Source: Hydrolagus affinis
Lineage: Eukaryota
DNA length: 64,000 nucleotides
Assembly (NCBI GenBank): GCA_012026655.1
Contig: JAAILG010001161.1
Location: 1-64,000, forward strand
Direction: 5' to 3'
How positions within the stretch are numbered: the stretch's first letter is position 1; each line of letters opens with the position of its first letter. Shown one piece after another: positions 11,205 through 22,940 of the stretch. The translations under genes and the position numbers were made by a program. The notes beneath the pieces were generated by a model. It had not been told where the DNA came from, ran no database searches, and saw only the letters and a program-made list of their open reading frames with translations.

Positions 11205-11620
11205 ATTGCTCAGTTGGTAAGCCATAGAACAGAAGGTCCCGAACTGATTTGGTCCCAGACATAGTGCCAGTAGTGTCCGCAATCACCTTAGCACTAACGA
11301 ACAAGGAAATAAACATTGACCTGCTGAAAGTTCACGGACCTGAAACGTTAGCTCACTTTCCGCTCTCCATAGATGCCGCCTGACCTGCTGAGTGTTCCCA
11401 GTGACTTCTGCTTTCACTAGACAGAAACCAGGATTCTTCTCGTTGCTCTGCTGGAAAGTGCGTGTGAACTCCAGTGTGCTCAGCTATGATATCCCCATAA
11501 CATTAGTCTGCCGACACTCGCACATGGAGACCGCTCGGGTGGGGTTCCATAGTTTTCTCATCTAATGGAACCATCCGCACGCACTCTCATCGGAAGGGGA
11601 CAGAAAGAAAAGTTGAGATA
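11205..11620 (+). mobile_element. Ancient AmnSINE2-like SINE relic interrupted by a Penelope-type fragment
   Basis: tRNA-like head (gctcagttggtaag...gaaggtccc) and body motifs ctgctggaaagtgcgtgtg and ctgccgacactc, also seen at 22.7, 28.7 and 46.0 kb. Family name from recalled consensus. Confidence 0.55.
11321..11418 (+). mobile_element. Penelope-like terminal fragment with degenerate minimal hammerhead core
   Basis: CTGcTGA-aAGTTC-ACG-GACCT-GAAACGTTA followed by ctctccatagatgccgcctgacctgctgagtgttcccag. A second partial copy lies at 37996-38051 (-). Confidence 0.65.
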
Positions 11621-13364
11621 AATATCAAGGCCTTTGGGGTATTTTTTTTCCCCTGACAAAAGCATAAACAAAGAGGGAGCAAATCTGACACTTGGCCTTT
11701 TGAAATGGACAATGCACATCACTGTGTCGCCTCGTCGACCCCTAACTTTGACATTCTCGGCTATCTCTGGGGGAACGGAGGTTACAAAGAGACAGACAGT
11801 TAAATGTGCCTTGTAAATGTATGTCTCACACCAGACAGCGCTGTGTACAGCGGAATCCTTCCCAAATCAGCATCGCGCAAACTGGCACTCGGCGCGGTGA
11901 AAAGGAGCACACGGAACAGCCTTCAAGCACCCCCCTGTGTGGAGGTTTTTGTGCTTTGATGATGGATGTGTGCCAACTTGGAAGCAGCTGCTTTTGAAAC
12001 AGGATGGTTCGGCTCTGTTGGCTGAATGGAGTTTATTGTGAAAGTTTTATCAAAGTGGCCAAGGACTGCAGACAGCCCAAATCAGAGGGAAATCTTGCAG
12101 TAACAGACTAACAAGCAGAGGATTGTTGGAATGAAAAGCCGCTCTATGTCAGCAAGCGCAACGGCCAGGAGCTGAAGGTAGGTCCAAAATAGAGGCAAGG
12201 CCTTTCCCAAATAGGTGTCCATTGGCACTTCGGATACTGTCAAACACGTTGGACTTTGGTCTCCTTTAGACAGATTACGCGGACGAATGTTGTGGAATGT
12301 TGTCGAGATTCAGTCCTAACATGTCTTTCTGGTCATCTCGGAACTCGTCTGTCGGCTGGGACTCGTTGGCAAACATGCTCTTTGCACTTCTTTTGAGTGG
12401 AAATGTCCCACTTGTGAATCCACACATCTTTGCTTTGAAGGCTGCTTGCAGTTCAGAGTGAACACCACCGATGTCGCAATCTCCATCTCGTTCTTTTGAC
12501 TATCCAATGTAATTTTGTTCCCACTCTTTGCTGGATGATGAATGCATTTTGCTGGAGGCATTGTAGTCCAATATGCGAGGTTGGATTCTATTACGCGTTA
12601 GTGATAGGCAGCTGCTTTGATGGCTCAGTCCGCAAGGACACAGTCCAAAGTATAATTGAGCTATACTGATCTAGAAGATCCAGAATATTGGTATGTGTCA
12701 TTTTAAGACTGTGCTATATTCTTCCAATTATAAGATAGTGATTACTGTGTTTTGGAGAGAAGTATCATTTCATGTGTTTTTACATCAATCATCTACATTC
12801 TGTATATTCAATCCGTGAATGATAAGCAAAAATAACTGGACTCTGGTTAGTGAAAGGTGCTATACAAGTTTAATTTTGTTGTTGTTGTAGTACATTTCCA
12901 CACACAGGCAGCTGAGGTGCATTGTCTAGCTAGTTCTTTCCTGCCCCCAACCCATTCTAATTCACACGAGTGAAACAATCACGTGCTGTACTTAAGGGAT
13001 GGCCCATAATTCTCCTACCTGTAAGACAATGCAAGATCATGAATTCAACCACCCAAATTCTAATTCAATGCTCTTTGCCCTTATCCCTTACATTCTTCTT
13101 CTTCAGCTTACCCAATTTCCTATCAAATGTTGCTTTACAAAATGGCAAACTGCAGCGAAATCTATTGCTCTTCCCTAGTTTGTAAATCTCTTTGATAATG
13201 TGCTTGTAAAAAAACATCATTTTTTTACAGGAAATACAGGTATTTAATAAATCATATCTTCTTTGCTTCAAATCAGACCTTAGTTTTTAGTAACTAAAGG
13301 TTCCTTTATCATTCTTCACTTACTTGTGATGCAATGCTCTACATTAATAATCTGGTAATAAAAC

Positions 13365-13690
13365 ATAATAATAATAATAATCTTTGCATTTGATATAGCG
13401 CTTTTCACATCTTCTAGACGTCTCAAAGCGCTTCACAGAATATACTGTAAAGTGAATTGACTTTATATTTGTGGATGAAACATGGCAGCTGATTGCAAAC
13501 AGCAGCGTCCCCCACAAACAGTCATGGATTGAAATGACCAATTTATTATAGTTTTTTTTGAAGGATTATTATGAGGCGTGTGTGTGTGTGGAGTAAGGAA
13601 AGTTGCCCAAGATTTCGCCCTGCTCTGCCTGGATTCGAACACATATCTCACGCTTGTAAGGTGAGTGCTCTAACCACTGAGTCAGAACTC
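13365..13690 (-). mobile_element. Young tRNA-SINE, full length
   Basis: Head, (CA)n and tail on the minus strand. Confidence 0.9.
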
Positions 13691-15157
13691 GGGGATGTTG
13701 GAAGGGAGCAGACTGTAAGAAGACCGGGGATCTTGGTTGATCTTGAGGACATGTCCAACATTGAGGCACAGCAAAATATAAAAATTAAAGACATTTGCTT
13801 TTATTTTAACTTTATTTTTTTCTCTGTAAACTTTTAACTTTGCGACCTAAGCAGAGAGGTTATGGGCACATTGCTTTCACTGTGTCTTTAACACATAACT
13901 CCCTATTGGCTATTACCCAGTACATCAAGCTTTTCACATGTCACTGTAAGTCCTTTTCAACATTTAATCTCACGAACAGATCTTATTCCTGAGATTTCAT
14001 TGCACAATGGACTTGGCTTGAATCCGCATCTTCGCTGGTCTCAGATCTGTCTGATAATAAAGAGGATATCTCTGTATTTCCAGTATTCAGCAGTTCCTAC
14101 TTGACAAATCGATGCTCCTTCCCATGAAGAGTTCAGCTAGTGAATGGAATATAATGGTAAATCAGAAGGCTCTTGTATACAATGTTCTTCGATTTCTTTA
14201 CTCACTAATTGAACTGACTACACAAGTCCTTTTCGTAGCAATTTGGGTCTTTGCTGTCATCTCTCGTAAGTAATCATCTGAAATGGCATCCAGTTGCACA
14301 CTGTGTCCAATTTGGTGTGACAACAACAACAACTTCAATTTATATAGGTCCCTTCAGGCCAGACTCAGAGTGCTTCACAACAATGCATCCCGGGACCATC
14401 TCATGACCATTTCATTCATCAATAACGGCACCAAATCTGCCTAAATTGCCCTAAATACCGGAGTATTTACCACACCTACCACATAAATATCTCTCAAACA
14501 ACTTTTGTTCCACACTATGCACTTGATTTTTTCCCACCTGGTGATTTCCAAAATTTTACACAGTGATTTATTTTGTCACATTTTTTGCATAGCTTTTGCA
14601 AAAACAGATAAACTGTAGGTTTGGGATTTATGCCTTTTTTTTTTCCAGACCCTCTACAGTTCTCTCTTTACCTTTGACTGATGGCATTTCATATTTCACA
14701 TTTGGTGAAAATGCTGCTTTGTAATCCCTTTCTTGATTGTGTGAATGGTTAAATTTTCATCTCTGCACCCTCTTTGACCTGTTTCTTTATTATTTCTGCT
14801 GCCCTGCATATTTTTACTGCTTTGCGTAAACTCAATTTGCACCTCTTGACTATCACAAAGGGTATTTCTTCATCTTTTTGCACAACATACAAACGTTTCT
14901 TTCCAAGGTCAAATTACATTTGGGATTGTAGTATCTCTCAAGGATGTCTATTATATTATCTGGCTCCAGGTTGTAAACAGCCTCAAATTTAAAATGATTA
15001 TAAATTTTATTGGTGCAGATATCATGCAGCAATCTTTTTAAAAAATCTGATTTTCATCTGCTTCAACCTCTAGTAAATTCACTTTCAAAACACTGTTTAA
15101 ACAGATTCCGATTTAATACAAGGTTTACAGTTCAGCTACGGATTGGAGAAACATTAC

Positions 15158-15450
15158 ATAATAATTGCTGCATTTGATAGAGCGGCTTATCATATCGTTC
15201 AAATATCTCAAAATGCTTCAAAGGATTTGCTGTAAAGTGTAGTAACTGTGTATTTGTAGGCGAATCCAGCAGCCAATTTTCACAACTGCAGTGTTCCACA
15301 AACAGCCGTGAAGTGAATTTTATTTGTGGATTGTTGGTCAGGACGCAGGGAAACTCTTCTTTTCGAGTACTGTACAGATGTGGCCATCGGATCTTTAACA
15401 TATAGGTTTAGTTTTAATGTTTGACACCTCTACACTACAGCACTCACCTG
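15158..15450 (-). mobile_element. Older DeuSINE-like copy
   Basis: SINE tail joined to Deu-domain-like ttggtcaggacgcagggaaactcttcttttcga...ggatctttaacat. Confidence 0.6.
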
Positions 15451-15844
15451 CAACATTACACTGTTGGGTTCGAAAGTACCGTACTGTCAATGGCTGAATG
15501 AACCACTCTTGAAATCCTAAAGACTGGCTTACTGTGTTTGCCGGAAATTATATACTAGATCTGTGAACAGATGAACCAAAGCCAATTGTATTTTACATTC
15601 AAAGATTGTTTACTTAATAAAGCAGAAATCTTGTGTTAGTTCATTAAACATAGTTCCAATAGCAAGTTTACTGCCAACAATACCTGCTGTTACGCTCACT
15701 TTGTATTTCTTTGATTACTTTTGATTTCAGCTGTTTATCGATTTCATAACACTGTTACTGTAATGACAAAAAAGTTCAACAATTCATAACATTCATAAGC
15801 AGTAGATGGAGAGCCTCAAGATCTTTCATCTGGAGCCAATTATG

Positions 15845-15975
15845 AGCAATTTGGCTGCCGCGCTTCGCCTACAGAGTTTACAGTCAATTCACTTTACAGT
15901 ATATTCTGTGAGGTGCTTTGAGACGTCTCGAAGTTGTGATAAGGTGCTTTATCAAATGCAAAGATTATTATTATT
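15845..15975 (+). mobile_element. tRNA-SINE tail fragment
   Basis: Matches the family tail. Confidence 0.8.
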
Positions 15976-16879
15976 GTCTTTTGCCCGTAGATTTTTGTGA
16001 GTTCGAGCTAACGGATTCACAAGGATCTGCAATTGTCTCTCTGGAACTTGAAAAAGGGTAACTGGTGAGTGTTGTCTCTGGAACTGGCACCCCGATACTG
16101 TAATAACAAGTAATAAATTAAAAAATCAAAAATCCTTGTGATTTCGTGGTTATGCCTAGGCTGTTGCGTTCCTGCATTGTCACTTTTCTTCTGTTCCTTT
16201 TCTGTGATGTTGCTGAAATCGCTGGAACAATCAAGGTCGAGCGGCTTGATTCATAGATTGAAGGAAAATGAACTAGCTCTCACCACCTTACTCCAAATAC
16301 CACCCTGAACCGATTCAGACTAAACAAAGTGTAGCTTAGCTGTACCTCTTTTATCGTTGTCCCTTTTTAACACCAAAATAGACGGTGTGTGAAATCTGCA
16401 CATCCTCACAAGTCTGTTTACTGCTTGGTTTGAACAAAATGAGATTGTCCTTGGGTACGATAACTGTGAGCTGATTTTGATTAAAACAATCCAGTTACAT
16501 CAACAATTAATTAGATTGCAGCTGTAATGAACACATTTCTTACTTCTGAACCAATTTAATTCACCAAAATGAACACACTATCATTTTCTCATAACAATTT
16601 ATCCGAAGTTACGCCAACTAACCTGCAAAATATGTCACACTTAGACATAAACTCGACAATTGTGCTGATTCTGTTTGGGTTTATAGTGTCTACAGATCAT
16701 TTCAATCTGAACCAGCATGTAATAACATTCACCTGATCAAACAACAAATTTATTATCAAGATTGTCATTCCAAAGGTAAGCTGGCAAACAGGAGCATTTC
16801 TAAACTGAGCCAAAATAATATTTTAAGAAACATATTGCTGATCCTAACATACATTCATATTACATGTCAAAGAGTGTGT

Positions 16880-16996
16880 ATTATAATAACGATCCTTGCA
16901 TTTGATATAGTGCCTTATCGCATTGTCGAGATGTCTCAAAGTGCTTTGCAGGATGTTTTGCAAAGTGGATTGACTGTGCATTTTGTGGGCGAAATG
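16880..16996 (-). mobile_element. tRNA-SINE tail fragment
   Basis: Reverse complement of the family tail. Confidence 0.75.
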
Positions 16997-17289
16997 TGTT
17001 TTGTGGGTATTATTGCATGTTAAAACTGAGAACATGAGACAAAAAAACAAAATAAAATCTACAGGATTAAAATTCCACTACTTCTCTACTTTTTGCCTGG
17101 GAAAATAAGCATGTATAGAAACCGAATGATAACGAGATCTGGCTTGGTCTTGCTCTGATGTTCTCCCAACACTGGAATAGAATAATTGTGGAACATCAGA
17201 CCAATTTGTAGGTTACTCTTGAAAAATTCCCTCTTGCCAAGGAACCAAGTAATATCATTGAAACCATAACCCAACAAAGAGCCAACATT

Positions 17290-17425
17290 TTCAGGAGGTC
17301 ACTCATACACGACTGTGTACAATTGACTACCATGTTTTGCCTACAAAATATACAGTCAATTCACTTTATAGTATATTCTGTGAAGAGCATTGGGACTTCT
17401 TGAAGATGTGATACTGCTCTATATT
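17290..17425 (+). mobile_element. tRNA-SINE tail fragment
   Basis: atatacagtcaattcactttatagtatattctgtgaag matches the family. Confidence 0.7.
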
Positions 17426-17774
17426 GAGGGAATGAGCGAATGAGAACTCTGCATAATTGTTGATGGATACAAAACACTTCGCTGAACTTTGATACTGGAA
17501 TATCAGGAGATGCTGCATATATTTCTGAGAGTTCTGATGAAATTAATTTGGGATCCAATTAAGACTGCCTCAAACTTTGAATATCTGACCAATTTGAAGA
17601 ATTAAATCGTGCTGTTGCAAATACAAATGAGTTAAGCGGCAATGGAGTTTTGGAGATATGTGTGTCCGGCTGGAAGTTCCTGATTCATTCCTCTTTCCTA
17701 TTTTTACAAATGTAGCTTACGCATTAATGCGGAGGTTACGCATTAAACCAGAGGTTCGGCTAATGGTCCCTCTA

Positions 17775-17790
17775 CAGCACCCTCTACTGG
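17775..17790 (-). promoter_or_regulatory. CTCF-like motif
   Basis: Minus strand reads CCAGTAGAGGGTGCTG, close to the CTCF core CCASYAGRKGGCRSY. Confidence 0.45.
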
Positions 17791-18819
17791 TTTGGTGAAT
17801 GTGTGTGTGTCAGTTAGATGGGGAGATGTTAAGATTCAGTTATGATGCTGTCTACCATTGAGTTGCCTGCCAACGTTTACATATGAAAATGGGAATAAAT
17901 TACAGCAACACATCTACCCCAGATAGGATCAGAGAATTTATTACCAACCAATGATTGAACTTGAGTCCTTCATGTATGGCACACATCATGTTTACTCATT
18001 GAATTATTGGGTTAACCCAATCCTGCATTTTCTATAATAAAATCAATACTAAATGAGATCTCAAATTGCTTTGTGCTTTTTGGGGGGCTAATGCCTCCTA
18101 GGATCTGAGTTGAGGGTCCGTCATTAAGCAATGGAGAGGTTTGCCTGCGTGCAGTGTCACTGAGATAGGAGTGCTCGATGAAAAACCTACTATAACATCT
18201 TATCCAAACTTGACTTCAGCATGAAGAGCTAGATGTTGACTAAAGGGATGAGGGAAAGTAGCTGAATTTTGTGTGCAATCATTAGCCCTCTCGTTAATGC
18301 TATTGGGTGACATTTCTTCCAGTTGCTCTTCTACAAGTGGGATTAAGAGTCTGAACAGAGTATCAGCATCAATTCTGAGTACTGTACCATACTACAGTCT
18401 TAGCTTTCTGAAGAGCTCTTGAATAGAAGCCGGTTGCTTTGTAATATTTGTCACTGGTATCCAGCTGCCAGAATCAATCTGCCTGTGAATCACATGTTGC
18501 TTGGATGTACTTCAGCGTCCTGATGGACAGCATCTTTTATTCCTTTGTTAATACATGCTTTAAACTCACCTCCACCTGGTCAGGTCATATGAATAACATT
18601 CAAATGCCACCAGTCTGCCACTTCAGAGATAACTGTAATGTAAGTGATGGAAATAGACAGGGAGTGTTGACAGGCTGTGTGGCTGTTGGAGATATCACAA
18701 TTGAGCACAATTCTATTCTCGGTGTTCACATACAATTTTCATTAGGGCTCCTTGCATCAGGTGAGCAAAACCCTGACAGATTTTTTTTTACTTCTTTTTC
18801 GTATTTTCCATCTCCTAAA

Positions 18820-19030
18820 TAATAATAATCATGCTAATAATAATAATGATCCTTGCAGTTGATACAGCGATTTTCACGTCCTTCAAGACGTCTCAGAGCG
18901 CTTCACAGGAATATACTATCAAATTAATTGTACTGTATATTTGCTGGAGAAACGCAACAGTCAAATTGGGCACAGCGGCGTTTCCCCCGCAAACAGTCGT
19001 GGATTGAAATGACCAATTTGTTATTTTTTT
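18820..19030 (-). mobile_element. tRNA-SINE 3' half
   Basis: Reverse complement of the family tail. Confidence 0.85.
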
Positions 19031-19246
19031 CTAAACGAAAGAAACCGAAGCCAACTATAGGCGACAAATGCTATATCTAATGCTGCGATGATTGGGAAGT
19101 ACTGTGCGTCCTTCAAGACAGAAGAGTGAACATTGGCAGATTAAAAGGACAGACGTAAGGGTGATTCGGGTGGAAGGACACCGAGAAATATTGTGTGGAA
19201 ATGACCGGGAGATCAAAACACGACAGATGGAAGGAAATACGAACAG

Positions 19247-19277
<31 letters not shown>

Positions 19278-19308
19278 CCTCGCATTTGATATTGCGCCAT
19301 ATCCCGTA

Positions 19309-19480
19309 TGTGGAGCTCCTATAGCTCAGTGGTTAGAGCACTCGTCTTACAAGCGTGAGAGACCGGTGTTCAAATCAGGTCAGAGCCAAACCTTGGGCAA
19401 GTTTCCTTACTCCACACACACACACACACACACACACAACACACACGCGCGCGCGCCTGATAATAATCCGTCAAAAAAAA
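19309..19480 (+). mobile_element. tRNA-SINE 5' half (head and CA repeat), preceded by a reversed tail end with (AAT)n at 19248-19300
   Basis: tggagctcctatagctcagtggttagagcactcgtcttacaagc...gttcaaatc: A and B boxes. Confidence 0.9.
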
Positions 19481-19621
19481 CTACGGTATAGTTTATTAAT
19501 AATAATAGTAACTCTTGGATTACTTGAGGGTGAAAGGGAAAATGTGAGGTGATCACTGATTGACTGAGGGACTGACCCCACCCCCTTTCGAAGGCGGGGC
19601 TCCGAGTGACAGTTGGTGAGT

Positions 19622-19721
19622 NNNNNNNNNNNNNNNNNNNNNNNNNNNNNNNNNNNNNNNNNNNNNNNNNNNNNNNNNNNNNNNNNNNNNNNNNNNNNNN
19701 NNNNNNNNNNNNNNNNNNNNN
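19622..19721. other. Assembly gap (100 N) next to a poly-G run
   Basis: N run followed by a G homopolymer at 19722-19747. Confidence 1.
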
Positions 19722-19739
19722 GGGGGGGGGGGGGGGGGG

Positions 19740-20110
19740 GGGGGGGGATCGGCACAGCTGATTGGCTCTGAGTTTATGACGGACAGGCGCTGGAGGGGGC
19801 GGGGCGAGGGCTGCTGGGTGGTGGATGGCCGTTCGCGGAGCGACTGACAGCTGACTGCGCGCGGCAGGTGCGGGAGGGTTGTCCGTTCGCTCGTCCGTCA
19901 GGTTAGCAAAAAAAGGAGCCGTCTTATGAAGAACTTAACTGATTGAAGATGGATCTGAAGTAAGGTGAGGTCGGTCGGTCGGTGACACGATTCGGCGCAA
20001 CCTTCCTCCAGGTACAACAGCGCGCTTTGTGTGTGTCTGTGCTCGCGAGAGAGAGAGAGAGAGAGACAGACTTAATGTCTGTTTCTCTTTCATCGCGCGT
20101 CGGGTGTAAC
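19740..20110 (+). promoter_or_regulatory. CpG island / distal promoter with CCAAT box and GC box; candidate first exon ending at 19964
   Basis: Reverse CCAAT (CTGATTGGCT, ATTGG at 19761-19765), GGGGCGGGGC at 19796-19805, dense CpG, donor AAG|GTGAGG at 19964/19965. Confidence 0.65.
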
Positions 20111-21024
20111 AGTACTTCACCTCAGGAATGGGTCCGACTTGACAGTCCAGTCAGGAGAGGGAAGGGAGGGGACAAAAATATGTGTGTACAGTATATATAT
20201 ATATATGTGTGTGTGTGTATACCGGCGGCAATAATCGCGACGCAAAGGTTAACAGAGATTCGGTTATATACGCCCAGCAACAAGGCAGCAGCTGCTGGGT
20301 GGTGGGGGAGGTATAAGTACAGTATTCCCCGTCTTGGTTGAGGGTTGCAGTGCTCTCTTCTCTGGCCGGCGTCCCTTTTATTTTTTTTTCTTGGCTGGTT
20401 TGCATTCTCCTTCTCAGGCTGGTTGCCCGGCTGTACTCACTGGGCTTGGGCTTGGGCTTGCAGCGGCGGCTTCAAGTGTACACGCCCGGTATACACTAGT
20501 GCAGTGAGACTCCCCGCAGCCCGTTTTTCCTTCTCCCCACAGTGACCTCCAGTCCATCATGCACACACACACACACCCACACAATATACACACACACACA
20601 CCCACACGATACACACACACACACACCCACCTACACGCACACAATACACACACACACACAACTTTCTCCAGAGCCTTTTGGTTGAGGCACACACGTTTTT
20701 GCCCACGACTTTCAAACCCAAACCTGTCATGTCTGTTTTATTTTTTATTTTCTGTGTCAACGGTGTGTTCAGTAGTTACAGAGGCTGATTTAAGTTGAGC
20801 TATGCAGACACACACATACGGCTTTGAAAGCTCCCCCCTCCTTCCCTCCATGGATATTGGGTGACTGACTAAATTAAGAACCATTTCTTACAGAAATATT
20901 TTGCAAGGGGATAGTGATCCTATTTGCGAAGATGCGTTTCAGTGGAGGGAGGTTGGGGGCGAGAATCAGCAGGTGGAGATCGTTCGTGATTGTTAACTAA
21001 GTGATATCAAAAAAAATACTTTTA

Positions 21025-21347
21025 GGGTGTTTCTGTGAAGTGTGGCGGCTGAGCATGTGCAGGTGAACATAGCGGTGAATTTACACACAGTTAGGTCCCA
21101 TGAGCAGCCATGAAATGAACGATCAGTGTTTTAACAATGTGTTTTATTGTTGGCCAGAACACTTTTGAGAAACAATTATCCCTTTCCTTTTAGAACTGGG
21201 CCGTGGGAGTCCTAACAATGTAGTACTTCCCGGCATTGTGCTGTTGTCATTTTAGACTTGGCTGCAACTCCCATATGGGGGGCCTGAGCCGCAGCCTTTT
21301 GACACAGAGGCGAGAAAGAGTGTTACCCACTGAGCCAGGCTGACATC
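21025..21347 (-). mobile_element. Old DeuSINE-like SINE with tRNA head
   Basis: Minus strand reads tcagcctggctcagtgggtaacactc...gcctctgtgtcaaaagg...ttctggccaaca..., followed by a diverged tail. Confidence 0.6.
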
Positions 21348-21829
21348 AGTGTATTATTTTGCTGCAATGCTTTTATGGAATATTTGTCTCACAACAGGTG
21401 TGATACAAGGTGTAGCAGAATGATCGATTGCACTGTGGCTTCTAAATTTTTAAGTGCTATTACAGGTATTTCAATCAATTCTTGAACAACAAAATGTTGG
21501 ATTTTGGAACTGATGGATACAATTAGTGGAGCAGTGAGGTCATCGCACAATTCCTGTTTAGAAGTAATCCTTGGAAAGTTCAGGCAACCTACTGTGTACC
21601 ACCATGACAATGGCGTCTTAAAGACTCAAGGTCTTAACATCTGAGTCTTCAAAATCAGTAATATCTGTTTTCTGTTGGAGCACCCCCTACCCTTCCACCC
21701 CCATGAATTTGCGAACTCGTGCTGGGCTAGTGTTAAACTCGTTCCATGAGTTTATGTTTTACGGTAGCGCTGACTCTTTTCAAAACTGTACAAAACCTTG
21801 CATTGCCTCCTGACGTGAAAGGTACAATG

Positions 21830-22230
21830 ATAATAATCTTTGCATTTGATGTAGTGCTTTTCACGTGGTCTAGACATGAGAAGCACTTATTATTATTATC
21901 TCAAAGCGCTTCATAGAATATATTGTAAAGTGAATTGACTGTACATTTGTGGGCAAAACATGGCAGCCATTGCACCATTGGTATCCCATAAACAGTCGTG
22001 GATTGAAATTACCCATTTTCTTTGAGGATTTATTATTAGCCTGGAATCGAACCCATATCTCTCACTTATAAGGCGAGTGCTCTAACCACTGAGCAGAATA
22101 ATCCGTAGTTGTTGCATTGAGGATTACTAAATGTAATAATCTTGCATTTGATATAGTGCGTTTACCACATTGTTGAGATGTCTCAATGCCCTTTACATGA
22201 TATTCTGTAAAGTTGCGGATGTATTTCAAA
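21830..22230 (-). mobile_element. Cluster of tRNA-SINE pieces (short tail, internally deleted copy with head, further tail)
   Basis: Three consecutive minus-strand matches to the family tail and head. Confidence 0.8.
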
Positions 22231-22689
22231 GGCAAATTTCATATGAGCCAGTGAAAACCTTTGACTGGCAATGGCCACTTCCATCTCTTCCTGTCCCCCA
22301 CCCTTCCCCTTACAGTTTAGAATCCAGCACAGTTTCTGTGAATAGCTCTTTGACACATGAAGGGTGTTGTATAAATTGAAGATGTTCAATATTGTAGAGG
22401 ATTCACCAAGCTTGATAACGTGATAGTATTTTGGGTAGAGATCCACAGCAATTGCTAATAATTTCCTCATTCCCCCAGTGGGTGAAAGAAACCTCCCTCC
22501 TATTTTCTTTCAGAAATTGCAGTTTAATGGTTGTGAGGCACCCTTTAGCAAAGAAGCCATACTTAATGTGAGAGCAAGGCTTGACTGCAGGCAAGGTAAT
22601 CAATCAACTATTCGTAGTTTCTTGTTCCTCCAACTATGCTGGTCGTCTTGTTCCACATGCTTATCACCATAGTAACAGTTTCAGTCAAG

Positions 22690-22940
22690 GTTAGGAAAGA
22701 AGAGGAAATCAGACAGGGTTGCTACTTCTGAACACTATCTAGTGATATTGGCTGGCAAATGTGCCTCAGTGGATGTGCAGTGTGAACAGGATCGAGATTG
22801 GCGCACATGTTCAAATATTGAATAGCCTGCCAATACACATTGTCAAGGCTTTCACGTACTGTACTGAGTTTTTACTCAGTCAAGGTATTGGATTGTTCTT
22901 GGCCAATTACACTGAATTGTATAAAGAGGGGAGAAAAACA
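22690..22940 (+). mobile_element. AmnSINE2-like relic
   Basis: aaatcagacagggttgctacttctgaacactatctagtga...gaacaggatcgag...gaatagcctgccaatacacattgtcaaggct. Confidence 0.6.

Noticed and set aside
14560-14616. Imperfect AT-rich hairpins (also at about 52861-52908 and 23300-23341) as pre-miRNA or MITE candidates
   Set aside because: Weak, mismatched pairing; no recognisable miRNA or clear TIR/TSD.
19926-19960. C/D-box-like ATGAAGA...CTGA...CTGA
   Set aside because: Too short, imperfect C box, no terminal stem, and it lies in a candidate first exon.
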